A stretch of 64,000 bases of DNA from Crocinitomicaceae bacterium (GTDB lineage: Bacteria > Bacteroidota > Bacteroidia > Flavobacteriales_D > Crocinitomicaceae). Location of the stretch: contig JBAYVD010000011.1 in assembly GCA_041674745.1 (NCBI GenBank), positions 62,216 to 126,215 of the forward strand, written 5' to 3'. This document shows, piece by piece, positions 1 to 10,461 of this stretch. Each line of letters starts with the position of its first letter. Position 1 is the stretch's first letter. The notes under the pieces are model-generated. The model saw only the letters and a list, made by a program, of their open reading frames with translations. It was not told where the DNA came from and ran no database searches. Both the position numbers and the translations under genes were made by a program.

Positions 1-18
1 TTTTCATAGATTCTTAAA

Positions 19-1323
19 TTAGATTCTTCGAATTTGTGCACCCAAATTATTCAATCGGATATCGATATCCTGATATCCTCGGTCAATTTGCTCAATGTTA
101 TGAATCGTACTTTTTCCTTTTGCTGAAAGCGCAGCAATTAAAAGGGATACGCCAGCTCTAATATCAGGAGAAGTCATCTGAATTCCTTTTAAGCTATGTG
201 CACGGTTCAATCCAATGACAGTAGCTCGGTGTGGGTCACACAAAATAATTTGCGCCCCCATGTCGATCAATTTATCCACGAAAAACAAACGTGATTCGAA
301 CATTTTTTGATGAATCAATACACTTCCTTTCGCTTGCGTCGCTACTACCAAGATAATCGACAATAAATCTGGCGTAAATCCAGGCCAAGGCGCGTCTGCA
401 ATGGTTAATATTGAACCATCAATGAACGTATCAATTTCGTAGGATTCTTGAGCAGGAACATAAATATCGTCTCCTCTTCGCTCCAATTTGATACCCATTT
501 TCCGGAAAACATTCGGAATAATTCCCAAATTGTCCCAACTAACGTCTTTTATAGTGATTTCGGACTTCGTCATAGCCGCTAATCCAATGAAACTGCCAAT
601 TTCGATCATATCAGGCAAAATTCGATGGAAACAACCACCCAATTCTTTCACACCTTCTATGTGCAACATATTGGATCCAATGCCCGTGATTTTTGCACCC
701 ATGCTATTCAGCATTTTGCACAATTGTTGCAAATAAGGTTCGCAGGCTGCATTGTAAATCGTTGTTTTGCCTTCTGCTAAAACTGCCGCCATCACAACAT
801 TGGCAGTCCCTGTAACAGAAGCCTCATCCAAATGAATATAGGCTCCTTTTAATTTTTTCGCTTCAACAGAATAGAAGTGTTCGCCTGCATCGTAATTGAA
901 TTTTGCACCCAATTTCTCAAAGCCTTCAAAGTGTGTATCCAAACGACGACGGCCAATTTTATCACCACCTGGTTTGGGAATGTAACCTCGGTTGAAACGA
1001 GCCAAAAGGGGACCAACAATCATGATGGAACCTCTCAAAGAACTCGCGCGTTTTCTAAAATCGTCCGTATCGAAATAAGCTAAATCAATGTCTTTTGCTT
1101 GAAAAATAAAAGTACCTCTTTCCACTTTTTCCGTTTTCACACCCATCGTTTGCAATAAATTGATGAGTTTATTGACATCAATTATGTCTGGCAAATTAGA
1201 AATCGTGACTTTTTCGGGTGTTAATAATACAGCACAAAGTATTTGCAAAGCTTCATTTTTCGCGCCTTGCGGAATCAATTCTCCACTTAATTGTTTTCCT
1301 CCTTCTATTTCAAATGAAGCCAT
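19..1323 (-). CDS. murA: UDP-N-acetylglucosamine 1-carboxyvinyltransferase (MurA)
   Basis: 434-aa ORF. Full-length MurA-like sequence: N-terminus MASFEIEGG..LSGE...GAKNEAL, internal KPGGDKIGRRRLDTH, C-terminus IDRGY..I...L..LGA. Lies 3 nt downstream of a DUF4290 gene, the usual Bacteroidota arrangement. Confidence 0.93.
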   Translation of the reverse strand: MASFEIEGGKQLSGELIPQGAKNEALQILCAVLLTPEKVTISNLPDIIDVNKLINLLQTMGVKTEKVERGTFIFQAKDIDLAYFDTDDFRKRASSLRGSIMIVGPLLARFNRGYIPKPGGDKIGRRRLDTHFEGFEKLGAKFNYDAGEHFYSVEAKKLKGAYIHLDEASVTGTANVVMAAVLAEGKTTIYNAACEPYLQQLCKMLNSMGAKITGIGSNMLHIEGVKELGGCFHRILPDMIEIGSFIGLAAMTKSEITIKDVSWDNLGIIPNVFRKMGIKLERRGDDIYVPAQESYEIDTFIDGSILTIADAPWPGFTPDLLSIILVVATQAKGSVLIHQKMFESRLFFVDKLIDMGAQIILCDPHRATVIGLNRAHSLKGIQMTSPDIRAGVSLLIAALSAKGKSTIHNIEQIDRGYQDIDIRLNNLGAQIRRI

Positions 1324-1326
1324 TTC

Positions 1327-1971
1327 TTATTTCTTTTTCTTTTTGTACTTGTTGTTATTGTTGTTGTTCGTCTTTTTGGTTGTTTTTGGAACGGAACTTC
1401 TGGTTCCAGTTCCCAACGCACGAAGCACTTGATTGGTCGCCACCAATTCATCCGGATTTGAAATCGTTAAATAACCGCTGGACAACTCTGAAAGTTGATT
1501 GGCAATCACGTTGTTTTCAACCGTATCATTGTTATAGGCCAAAAATTGCAATTTCATGAAATTGCCCATCATTTTTTCCATGAAAACTTTTTCTTCATCG
1601 GATGTGATGTTTTTGGCTTCTGCTAATATTTTTTGCGTGTATTTGCCGTAATGTCCAAAACGAATTTTTCCTTTTGGATATTCCATAATGGCTGGTTTTT
1701 CTTGCAACGATTCTTTCAAGGGAATCTCATAAGGAGAATCCACATCCAATTGAAAATCAGACATCACAAAAAGGTGCGTCCACAATTTATGACGGTAATC
1801 GTCCTCATCCCGTAAATGCGGATTCAGTTGCCCCATTACTTCAATAATCGCTCTGGCCGCTCGATTGCGCTCATCGCGATTTTCAACGGTCATTGCATGA
1901 CCAATCATATTTTGAACATTTCGACCGTATTCGGGGAGAATAAGCATCGATCTAGTTGTATTGTATTCCAT
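1327..1971 (-). CDS. DUF4290 domain-containing protein with poly-Asn/Lys C-terminal tail
   Basis: MEYNTTRSMLILPEYGRNVQNMI...NRAARAIIEVMGQLNP matches the DUF4290 family normally found upstream of murA. I chose the ATG at 1971, not 2022, because the family starts at M.YNT and a TAnnTTTG box overlaps 2022. Confidence 0.8.
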   Translation of the reverse strand: MEYNTTRSMLILPEYGRNVQNMIGHAMTVENRDERNRAARAIIEVMGQLNPHLRDEDDYRHKLWTHLFVMSDFQLDVDSPYEIPLKESLQEKPAIMEYPKGKIRFGHYGKYTQKILAEAKNITSDEEKVFMEKMMGNFMKLQFLAYNNDTVENNVIANQLSELSSGYLTISNPDELVATNQVLRALGTGTRSSVPKTTKKTNNNNNNKYKKKKK

Positions 1972-2019
1972 GAAGGTTTTTCTAAGAGATTGAATCGAAT
2001 CATATAAGGATTCACCTGT

Positions 2020-2027
2020 CAAAAATA
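2020..2027 (-). promoter_or_regulatory. Candidate Bacteroidota -7 box (TATTTTTG on minus strand) for the DUF4290-murA operon
   Basis: Plus-strand CAAAAATA is TAttTTTG on the minus strand, about 50 nt upstream of the ATG at 1971. No well-spaced -33 TTG was seen. Confidence 0.3.
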
Positions 2028-2074
2028 ATAAAATTAAAGCAATGATGTAATTCTTGCAAAATATTCATATTCAA

Positions 2075-5000
2075 TTAACGCATCAAGTTAATAAAACCGG
2101 CTGCTTCGTTTTCCTCGTTTCGCCAAGTTTTCACTTTTGCTTTGAATGTGTAGGTATCATTATTTTGCAAAACTCCTTTGTAATAGCCATCCCATCCATG
2201 GTCCATATCAAAGGATTCAAAGACCATTTCACCCCATCGATTAAATATCTGGAAATAAATCACTTCTTTGATTCCCCACCCGACAAGATAAATAATATCA
2301 TTAACTCCATCGCCGTTTGGTGTAAAGGTGGTTGGTAAATCAACAAATGTTTCTGGATAAATATGAATCACAAAGATTCCGTCAGCCTTAGAACAGCCTA
2401 AAATATCCTCCATTACGACCGTGTAGGTAATATCTTCTAATCCCTGATGAACGGGATTTGAACAATCATAACAACTCAAACCAGTATTGGGGGTCCAAAT
2501 AAAATTCACAAAGCCATTTTGATTCGAAATCGGTAAAGCAACCGAATCACCAACAACTATTGTAGTATCCCAATAAATATCATCCAAAGGTTGAATGACA
2601 ATGACAGAAGCTTGATCACTGGAAGAGCAATCCGTAGTGGTATCCAAAACCGTAATTGAATAATTAACCGTTTCATTCAAATTAGCGGTGGGGTTGGGAA
2701 TCGTTGCATTGGATAAGCCCGTAGAAGGCGTCCATAAATAAGTATACGCAGCGATGGTTGTATCCAAAGTCAGTTGCCCAACTTGTCCCAAACAAACCGT
2801 ATCATTGAATGCATTGAATACAGGACGATTGAACACAATTACAGATTTCACAATTGTATCACGACAGCCAAATTCAAGGTTGTAAACGCTCAAGCTGATG
2901 TTAAAAGTATCCGCCGTATTGTAGAGGTGGTTAAATGTTAAAGAGTTCGTTGTGGAGGTTGTACCGTCATCGAAATCCCAGGCAAACTGGTCGGCGTTTA
3001 GAGAAGTATTCGTTATCGTTAGAGGATCTCCCATGCAAATAGTTGTATCCAAATCGCCATTTCTTAAAAAATCAGCAATGACTTCTCGAATAAACACTGT
3101 TTTTTCAACCGTAACAGGACACGCTCCTCCCGCTCCGTAAACTGTCAACTTAGCAACAGTTTGCCCCGATGGAGGAATAAATAAATACGGATGAGCAATT
3201 GGGCTAACATCTGTTAAGCTGGTTCCATCGCCAAAATCCCAAGAATAGCCGCCAACCTGCGTTGAATCAAAAATGGTGAATTCAATTTCGTCACCCAAAC
3301 AAATATGATTGGTATCCATCAAAAAATCACCGGCTGGACCAATCACGGTGAAAGTGCTATAAGCCGTATCTCTGCAATTGTACGAAGTACTGGATATTAA
3401 CTGAACCGTGTACGTTCCTGTATTAAAAGTAAAAGCTGGATTGGGTAAATTACTAAACAAACCATTGCTAAACGTCCAATTCGTATAGGCAACCGGTGAG
3501 GTCCCTGAACTATTGTCTAAGAAATTAATGAGTTGAGGACTGCACAATGCCGGCAACGAATCTACATTACTGGCTATCGCAGCCGTTGGATAATTTTGGA
3601 CATCTATGATCACTGTATTTGTGTCTTTGCAACCCGATGAAGCTTCCGTATAAATCACTTGGGCGGTGTAACTGGTATCGCCGTTATAAGTGTGCGAAGT
3701 AAATTGTCCGCTTCCTGTAGTTCCGTCGCCAAACGTCCAAGCAAAATTCAAATTTGAACCTTGCGCGGTATAGTCTGTCGAATTAAATTGAACGGGAGAG
3801 CCTGCGCATACATGCCCGAAAAAGGGACTGATGGACAAGGTACTAATTGGTTTGTAAAAATACAAACGGTGACTGATGGTATCCTCGCAGCCGTTGGCAT
3901 CTTGAACGGTGAAAAATACCCGTGACGTATCGGCTAATACGGTTGTAAAAAGATGTGAAGGATTTTGGGTCGTAGCTGTCAACGAATCAGGGAACACCCA
4001 ATCCCAATTCGCTACGGTTGTATCCGCGGTTGTTTGATCTGTAAAAACGACTGTATTCGGGTCGCAAATGATACTATCCGAAATCGCAAATTGTGCCGTT
4101 ATATTGTATACATGAAAATTATTAGTAGCCGTATCGGTACAGCCATTGATGTCGGTGACGACCAATGTCATCGTTTGTGCCCCAGAAGTATTCAAGGAAA
4201 AATCTTCTGATGGATTCTCTGTTGTAACAGGACGAAGTGTTGGATCTGAAAAAATCCATTTGTACCCTCGGTGACAATCCGCATTCACATCAATCGATGC
4301 ACTCGCATCCCAAGGATTATCTACTCCACCGCAGTAGGTCGACAAATTATTGAAAACAGCTTGGATTTTACGAATGTGTATGAGTGCTGAATCAACTGAT
4401 GCAGAACAACCTGAGGTCGCATTGGTCGCTGTTAATTTCACCCAATAATCGCCAGTAGAAACATACGTATGCAAAGGGTCTGTGGCGGTAGAAGTAGTTC
4501 CATCCCCAAAATCCCAAAGTAAACTGGTATACCCTTGACTTTTATTATACAATTGAAGATCCATCGTGTCGGCACAATCGTAGAGATAATTAAAATCGGC
4601 TATTGGACCCAAGACCGTTAATACATTCGATAAAGTATAGTTGGAAATACACCCATTGTAATCGGCGGTTAATGTGATATCAAAAACTCCTACCGAATCA
4701 TTGAAAACAAAAACACCATTTGGGTTTTCGTGACAGGCAGAAAGCAATTCCCCATCGGATGAATAATGCCAACCATCCACTGAATCAGGGAAAATGCTTG
4801 GGGATAGATTCGTCATGGTGACCGATTCGCCAGGGCAAATCGTAGTAGGTGCTATAGAGAAATTTAGCGGGATAGTCGCCCCCACTTCTATCCAAATGGT
4901 ATCCGAAGTATTGCTGCATCCAATCGAATTATCGGCCGTCATTACAACCTGGTAGACACCTGGATTTGAGTAAACATGTATATTCGGAGCAGAGGCGGAA

Positions 5001-6490
5001 GAAAAATTGGCAAAAGTACCATCTCCATATTCATAATGATAATTTGTAATGGGAAAATCGGATAAGGTTGAATCCGAAAAAGTGACTGTAAGTGGGGCAC
5101 ATCCGTGATATTTATCAGGCATAAATCGCGCACCTACCCAATGTATGGTATCTGTAAAAAAGGTAGTATCAATACAACCACCGGATGTGGTGAAAACTAA
5201 AAATCCATACACATATCTCGGTCTGCGTTTTTTGTATGCGGTGTCCTGAATATGGTAAATAATCGTAGGGTTGGCCAAAGAGGAAATCTGCCCATCTTCA
5301 AAATGCCAATCATAGTTAACAATATTCGAGGTTGTATTCACTGAATAATTGAAAACAGCATGGGTATCACACTGTCCATAAGGCAATCCGGAAACAATAA
5401 CAGTGGGATCTTCCACAAAAATCGTCCGAATGGTATCGTCATTGCAAAGTCCGCCGGGAGATAATATGGTCATTTGAACATTCACTGGACCGGCAACGGA
5501 AAAAGCATTGAGCAATGAATTTAAATTGGAAGTAGGAAATTCGGCATTCGGACCAAATGACCAAGAAACTGAGCCTGCGGAAGTAGATGAATTTTCGAAA
5601 AAGACAAAATCATTAATACACACTGTATCCGGTGAATCAAAAGAAGCGGTCGGACCTCCTACCGTTATGGGCTTCGTCACCGTTTTTACGCAATTATTGG
5701 TATCCGTGATAATCAATTCCACATTCACGGTTCCAAGTGCTGTATAAGTTTGAGAAGGCGGGTTAACAGCTGTTGACGTTGCTGAGTTCCCCATATCCCA
5801 CTGATAGGTCAAGGGCAATGTGCTGATAGAAGTGTTCGTAAAAACAACATTCAAGGGTGAGGTACACGAAAACGCAGGTGATGGTGAAGTTGAAAAATTG
5901 GCTACTGGATTGGAAACACCTACGAACGAATTAAAGGTTACCGTATTGTTGCAGGAAGGAGTATTAGTAATAATACCAATGGACACATTGAAAATTCCTG
6001 GGGTATTGTAAACAAAATTTACATTTTGACCTGTCCCACTCGATCCCTCGCCATATGTCCAAGTATACGTTGTGACCGTGATTCCACTGGGCAGCGTAAC
6101 ATTGGTTTGAAAATTAACAGGCAATGGTAAACAACCTTTTGTATCTCCAATGGCTGTTATGGTTGGAATTGGCTTTGCATATACATTAATCGTTACCGTA
6201 CCTACCACGGGTCCAGAAGCAGAGTTTTTAAATTCCACCACATAACTACCCGGATTGATAAAAGTATTGCTTGGGTTTTGAATGTTTGCACTTGCACCAT
6301 CCATGAAATCCCAGTAAAAAGTGGATGAACCAGCTGGTGCTGTAAAATTTACGGTCAAAGGCACACAACCTTGAACAACATCCGCCGTTTGACTATAAAC
6401 AAACGGAGCTAACAATAGGCTACAAATCGCAAATAATGGAGTTATACCAACTTTTAAAAGTGAAAAAAGTCTTTTTATAGTTCTAAGCAT
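2075..6490 (-). CDS. Large PKD-repeat cell-surface protein with T9SS type B (gliding-motility-associated, CHU_C) C-terminal sorting domain
   Basis: 1471-aa ORF with an N-terminal signal peptide. Many PKD-like units (F.....G...V.F.N.S....Y.WDFGDG). The C-terminus FTPNGDGVNDIIYL...IFNRWGEMVFES...WDG is the type B CTD signature. Confidence 0.87.
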   Translation of the reverse strand: MLRTIKRLFSLLKVGITPLFAICSLLLAPFVYSQTADVVQGCVPLTVNFTAPAGSSTFYWDFMDGASANIQNPSNTFINPGSYVVEFKNSASGPVVGTVTINVYAKPIPTITAIGDTKGCLPLPVNFQTNVTLPSGITVTTYTWTYGEGSSGTGQNVNFVYNTPGIFNVSIGIITNTPSCNNTVTFNSFVGVSNPVANFSTSPSPAFSCTSPLNVVFTNTSISTLPLTYQWDMGNSATSTAVNPPSQTYTALGTVNVELIITDTNNCVKTVTKPITVGGPTASFDSPDTVCINDFVFFENSSTSAGSVSWSFGPNAEFPTSNLNSLLNAFSVAGPVNVQMTILSPGGLCNDDTIRTIFVEDPTVIVSGLPYGQCDTHAVFNYSVNTTSNIVNYDWHFEDGQISSLANPTIIYHIQDTAYKKRRPRYVYGFLVFTTSGGCIDTTFFTDTIHWVGARFMPDKYHGCAPLTVTFSDSTLSDFPITNYHYEYGDGTFANFSSASAPNIHVYSNPGVYQVVMTADNSIGCSNTSDTIWIEVGATIPLNFSIAPTTICPGESVTMTNLSPSIFPDSVDGWHYSSDGELLSACHENPNGVFVFNDSVGVFDITLTADYNGCISNYTLSNVLTVLGPIADFNYLYDCADTMDLQLYNKSQGYTSLLWDFGDGTTSTATDPLHTYVSTGDYWVKLTATNATSGCSASVDSALIHIRKIQAVFNNLSTYCGGVDNPWDASASIDVNADCHRGYKWIFSDPTLRPVTTENPSEDFSLNTSGAQTMTLVVTDINGCTDTATNNFHVYNITAQFAISDSIICDPNTVVFTDQTTADTTVANWDWVFPDSLTATTQNPSHLFTTVLADTSRVFFTVQDANGCEDTISHRLYFYKPISTLSISPFFGHVCAGSPVQFNSTDYTAQGSNLNFAWTFGDGTTGSGQFTSHTYNGDTSYTAQVIYTEASSGCKDTNTVIIDVQNYPTAAIASNVDSLPALCSPQLINFLDNSSGTSPVAYTNWTFSNGLFSNLPNPAFTFNTGTYTVQLISSTSYNCRDTAYSTFTVIGPAGDFLMDTNHICLGDEIEFTIFDSTQVGGYSWDFGDGTSLTDVSPIAHPYLFIPPSGQTVAKLTVYGAGGACPVTVEKTVFIREVIADFLRNGDLDTTICMGDPLTITNTSLNADQFAWDFDDGTTSTTNSLTFNHLYNTADTFNISLSVYNLEFGCRDTIVKSVIVFNRPVFNAFNDTVCLGQVGQLTLDTTIAAYTYLWTPSTGLSNATIPNPTANLNETVNYSITVLDTTTDCSSSDQASVIVIQPLDDIYWDTTIVVGDSVALPISNQNGFVNFIWTPNTGLSCYDCSNPVHQGLEDITYTVVMEDILGCSKADGIFVIHIYPETFVDLPTTFTPNGDGVNDIIYLVGWGIKEVIYFQIFNRWGEMVFESFDMDHGWDGYYKGVLQNNDTYTFKAKVKTWRNEENEAAGFINLMR

Positions 6491-6511
6491 GTTACCAAAT
6501 TTACGTTTTTT

Positions 6512-6540
6512 TTGAATTACCTTTAATTTTAATAACTTTG
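6512..6540 (+). promoter_or_regulatory. Candidate sigma-A promoter (TTG-N18-TAACTTTG)
   Basis: TTG at 6512-6514 and TAACTTTG at 6533-6540 fit the Bacteroidota -33/-7 consensus. The site is 22 nt upstream of the ATG at 6562. Confidence 0.4.
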
Positions 6541-6561
6541 AGTTCCACCACCTTTAAACGT

Positions 6562-7326
6562 ATGAAAATAACTTTTTCCATTTTGATGGTTTTATTTTTC
6601 TCTAATCAACTAAGCGCACAAACTCGCGATAGGTTGCCTTGTGTTGACAAAGAATTTTCGGTAGTTGCACATTTGTTCAAAGACTCCATCGGAAATTTCA
6701 ACATTACTGAGACAGAAATAAATAACTTGTTCAATGCTGTAAATGGTGACTTCGCTCCTATTTGCGTTTCCTTTAAGGTGTGTGAGTTTCAATACCACGA
6801 CAATTGGGAATACAGTGTTCACAATGCTGATCAAGAATGGGGCGAATTGCAGAATTTATACCATGTAAAAAATAGAATCAATTTCTTTTATGTCGACACC
6901 ATAAAAATTCCATTGAATGCTTGTGGATATGCTGGTTTGGGAGCAATTGGTGATTTTTACAGCAGTGGTATCGTGATTCAAATTGGGTGCGGAACAAAAA
7001 CGCATTCACATGAATTAGGTCATTATTTTAGTTTAGAACACACCTTTGAAGATTTCGGTACAACAGAATTGGTCAATGGCGCTAATTGCTTAACGGCTGC
7101 CGATGGCATTTGTGATACTCCTGCCGATCCTTTCATCAAAGGTTCCGACATGTCAATTTGGTTGGATGGATGCAGATTTATCTATACAGGATTAGACGCG
7201 AATGGAGAATTTTATGACCCCATCGTTGGTAACATCATGTCCTATTATCCTTGCAGTTGTGGCTTCACGGATGATCAATTTCATCAAATGGCCACGCATT
7301 ATTTGAACAATATTGGAATGTGGTAA
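6562..7326 (+). CDS. Secreted zinc metalloprotease, metzincin M43 (cytophagalysin/pappalysin-like)
   Basis: HSHELGHYFSLEHTF (HExxHxxxxxH) followed by DGICDTPADP, with signal peptide MKITFSILMVLFFSNQLSAQ. Start moved to the ATG at 6562 because the track start at 6538 lies inside the promoter motif. Confidence 0.72.
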   Translation: MKITFSILMVLFFSNQLSAQTRDRLPCVDKEFSVVAHLFKDSIGNFNITETEINNLFNAVNGDFAPICVSFKVCEFQYHDNWEYSVHNADQEWGELQNLYHVKNRINFFYVDTIKIPLNACGYAGLGAIGDFYSSGIVIQIGCGTKTHSHELGHYFSLEHTFEDFGTTELVNGANCLTAADGICDTPADPFIKGSDMSIWLDGCRFIYTGLDANGEFYDPIVGNIMSYYPCSCGFTDDQFHQMATHYLNNIGMW

Positions 7327-7329
7327 TTC

Positions 7330-8337
7330 ATGCATAAAAGAATACTATATCTTATCCTACTTACTTGGTCTGGCATTGCATTCAGTCAGGACATTCATTT
7401 GTCACAATTTTACACAGCTGATCAATTTCTAAATCCTGCCATGATGGGTCGTCATGATGGAGAATGGCGTTTTTCGGCCAATTATAGAAATCAATGGCGT
7501 CAAATCAACGGTGCACCACTAGCCACGGGTTTGGTTAGTTTCGACAAGAAATTGCATTACTACAACAAAGAAATCAGCGGCGGAATCTATTACGCGCGCG
7601 ATCAATTTTCTGGTTTTCAAACCATCACAAATAAAATTTATTTAACAGGTGCTTACGGTGTCGATTGGTTGAAATGCAACTGGCGTGGAGGCATTCAAAT
7701 GGGATTGGTAACGAATAGCACGGATTTATCGACACAAACCTTTCCAACTCAATGGGATTATCCCAATGGCCAATTCGACCAAAGCATTTACAATGGAGAA
7801 GAAAATATTCGTCCATCACAAATGTATGTGGATGTCAATATTGGTGGCGTTTGGTCGAAAAAATTCAAACGATTCAATCTAGTTTCCGGAATTGCTGCGA
7901 ATCATGTCAATCGACCAAAAGACACTTATTTTAGTCAAGTTTTTGAACGCCGCAAAATGCGGGGTGTTTTTCATACCATGGTAGAAATTCCTTTGAATCT
8001 AAAATTGCAATTGGAACCCAAACTCATGTGGATGTGGACCACCAAAGCCAACGATATGCTTCTAGGCTCGAATCTACGTTATAAAACAGAAAACAAAACC
8101 ATTCCGGCTATTTATGGAGGTGTTTTCTATCGACATGGTATCAAACGAACTTTTGACGCGGTTTACCCCGTTTTTGGTCTGGTTTACAAGCGTTTTGACA
8201 TCGGTGTTAGTTACGATGTAAATGTTTCAGCCCTTAGCAAAGGAATCAAACGCGTTAAAACAATTGAATTTTCACTAATCTATACAGCACCTAGCAACAA
8301 GGTGAAATATAAAATCATTCCTTGTGATCGCTACTAA
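7330..8337 (+). CDS. PorP/SprF family type IX secretion system membrane protein
   Basis: Signal peptide followed by QDIHLSQFYTADQFLNPAMMG, the family hallmark. About 330 aa of beta-barrel-like sequence. Adjacent to a type B CTD cargo gene. Confidence 0.8.
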   Translation: MHKRILYLILLTWSGIAFSQDIHLSQFYTADQFLNPAMMGRHDGEWRFSANYRNQWRQINGAPLATGLVSFDKKLHYYNKEISGGIYYARDQFSGFQTITNKIYLTGAYGVDWLKCNWRGGIQMGLVTNSTDLSTQTFPTQWDYPNGQFDQSIYNGEENIRPSQMYVDVNIGGVWSKKFKRFNLVSGIAANHVNRPKDTYFSQVFERRKMRGVFHTMVEIPLNLKLQLEPKLMWMWTTKANDMLLGSNLRYKTENKTIPAIYGGVFYRHGIKRTFDAVYPVFGLVYKRFDIGVSYDVNVSALSKGIKRVKTIEFSLIYTAPSNKVKYKIIPCDRY

Positions 8338-10384
8338 TTCTTTTTATCGGTGGACGCTAATTTTTGGTGCCATTTTCCTTTCATTTTGTTCTTTGAGTCA
8401 AGAAGTGGATGCCGTGGAACTTTTACAAAAAAAAGACGGTAGAACGTGGCGCTTAGCTATGGAAGCAAAGAGAACGCACAATTTGTACTTGGCTCAAAAT
8501 TATTTGGAGCAATTGTACGCCAAAGACAGCACTCAATTGCACGTTGTAGAAGAATTGGCTGCTATTTATCGGTTGACACACAACTACATCAAAACAGAAA
8601 AATTTTACACCAAAATATTGGATAGCAAAAAAGAAAACAAACATGCGGAAGCTCTTTTTTATCTTGGACAAGCCCAAAAAAATAATGGAAAATACCCAGA
8701 AGCTATTGAATCTTTCAATCAATTTAAAAAGCATTCTTCTGGTTTAGGCAACAGAACTTTGAGTAAATTGTATAAAACAGAACTCGAGGGTTGCTCAATG
8801 GCTATTGCCTACAAAGACAGTATTGAAAATGCCGTTGTAAGGAATTTAGGGGACAAAGTAAACAAACGCCACATCGATTTTTCGCCTATTCCAATTGGGG
8901 ACAATGAATTAATTTTTGGCAGTTACAACGAATCCAAAGAGCGGGTCTATGAATTAATTGACTCCCTACCATTGGATGTTTTAAAAAGACAATTTTACCT
9001 TGCAGAGAAAAAAGACACGATTTGGACGAAAAAAGGCGCTCTACCCGGTCCTTTCAATGACCCAAACATGGATATTGCCAATGGCTGTTATTCGCTGGAT
9101 GGCACCCGTTTTTATTTCACGAAATGTCAAGAAAATTGGCAATACAACATCATTTGCTCCATCTACGAGTCGCGATTGAGCAATGGGAAATGGAGTACGC
9201 CCGAAATGCTGCCTGAATTAGTGAATTCTCCAGATTTTACCACTACGCACCCAACTATGGGACGAGAAACCAAGCGCAACATGGAGGTGCTCTATTTTGT
9301 TTCCGATCGAGAAGGAACTAAAGGGGGAATGGATATTTGGTATGCCGAATTCGATCCTCGCAAAAAAGCCTTTAAAAAAGCTAAAAATGCCGGATCAAAA
9401 TTGAACACCATTGGTGATGAGCTCACCCCATTTTATGATTTAGCGAGCAAAACCATGTACTTCAGCACCAATGGTCGTCCAAATTTCGGTGGTCTGGACA
9501 TCTACTCGATGGTGGGTGAAACCAGCAAATGGGAAAATCCTAAAAATGCAGGAGGTCAAATCAATTCATCCGCTGATGATTTGGATTTTGCTTTGAAACC
9601 GTCCAACCGTGGTGGCTTTTTTGTTAGTAACCGCCTTGGTGGCATGTCTCTTTATCATCCGACTTGTTGCGATGACATTTATGAATTTCAATATACCAAA
9701 TTCATTAGTATAGAAGTCGATGTGGATGTAACAGATGTGGAAACGGTCCGCTTGTGTAAAAATGGCCCAGTGTATGTCGATCTGTATTTGGTGGATGAAG
9801 AGGGTCGTTTGTTGATTGAAGAAAAACGCAATATTTGTGACAATGCTCGATTCAATTTGCGACCCAATCAAACTTATGTTTTGGTCGGGAAGCAAGAAGG
9901 TTATTTCCCCAGCGAAAAAATGCTGAGCACAAGTTACATTTCAACATCGACCGTGTTAAAGGAAAAATTGGTATTGGAAAAACAACCGTTGGAGCCGATG
10001 ATTTTGGCCAATATCCGTTATGAATTTGATAGTCCCAACTTAACAAAAGAGTCAAAAAACATTTTGGATACCACGTTGCTTTTGATCATGAACAAGTACC
10101 CCAATACCAAAATTGAAATCATGGCGCACACCGATAGCAAAGGATCTGACGAATACAACCTGAAACTTTCTCAAAAACGTGCCGAAAGCGTGGTGCAATA
10201 CCTCATCAAACAAGGAATTGACAAAAATAGATTGTCAGCAAAAGGGTACGGAGAAACATTGCCCATTGCGCCCAATGAAAATCCAGATGGCTCAGACAAT
10301 CCAGCTGGTCGCGAGAAAAACCGGCGAACGGAATTCAAAATCATAGGCGAAGTAGAGCAAGAAATCATAGAATACGAAGATTAA
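8324..10384 (+). CDS. OmpA family protein (N-terminal TPR-like region, TolB/WD40-like repeats, C-terminal OmpA peptidoglycan-binding domain)
   Basis: C-terminus NIRYEFDSPNL...MAHTDSKGSDEYNLKLSQKRAESVVQYL...GYGE..P.....NRRTEFKI is an OmpA_C domain. The middle has repeated FS.DG..LYF / D.W motifs. The GTG start overlaps the PorP stop, so the start is uncertain. Confidence 0.8.
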   Translation: MIATNSFYRWTLIFGAIFLSFCSLSQEVDAVELLQKKDGRTWRLAMEAKRTHNLYLAQNYLEQLYAKDSTQLHVVEELAAIYRLTHNYIKTEKFYTKILDSKKENKHAEALFYLGQAQKNNGKYPEAIESFNQFKKHSSGLGNRTLSKLYKTELEGCSMAIAYKDSIENAVVRNLGDKVNKRHIDFSPIPIGDNELIFGSYNESKERVYELIDSLPLDVLKRQFYLAEKKDTIWTKKGALPGPFNDPNMDIANGCYSLDGTRFYFTKCQENWQYNIICSIYESRLSNGKWSTPEMLPELVNSPDFTTTHPTMGRETKRNMEVLYFVSDREGTKGGMDIWYAEFDPRKKAFKKAKNAGSKLNTIGDELTPFYDLASKTMYFSTNGRPNFGGLDIYSMVGETSKWENPKNAGGQINSSADDLDFALKPSNRGGFFVSNRLGGMSLYHPTCCDDIYEFQYTKFISIEVDVDVTDVETVRLCKNGPVYVDLYLVDEEGRLLIEEKRNICDNARFNLRPNQTYVLVGKQEGYFPSEKMLSTSYISTSTVLKEKLVLEKQPLEPMILANIRYEFDSPNLTKESKNILDTTLLLIMNKYPNTKIEIMAHTDSKGSDEYNLKLSQKRAESVVQYLIKQGIDKNRLSAKGYGETLPIAPNENPDGSDNPAGREKNRRTEFKIIGEVEQEIIEYED

Positions 10385-10461
10385 AAATTGAACCAAGAAT
10401 TAAATTTTTAACAGATTCGAGTCAATTCATAAATTGATTCAACATTAAATTGATTTTTCCG

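Noticed and set aside
488-1559. Plus-strand ORFs of 68-113 aa overlapping murA and DUF4290
   Set aside because: They are antisense to two confidently identified genes. Cys/Phe/Leu-rich translations are typical of non-coding frames in AT-rich DNA.
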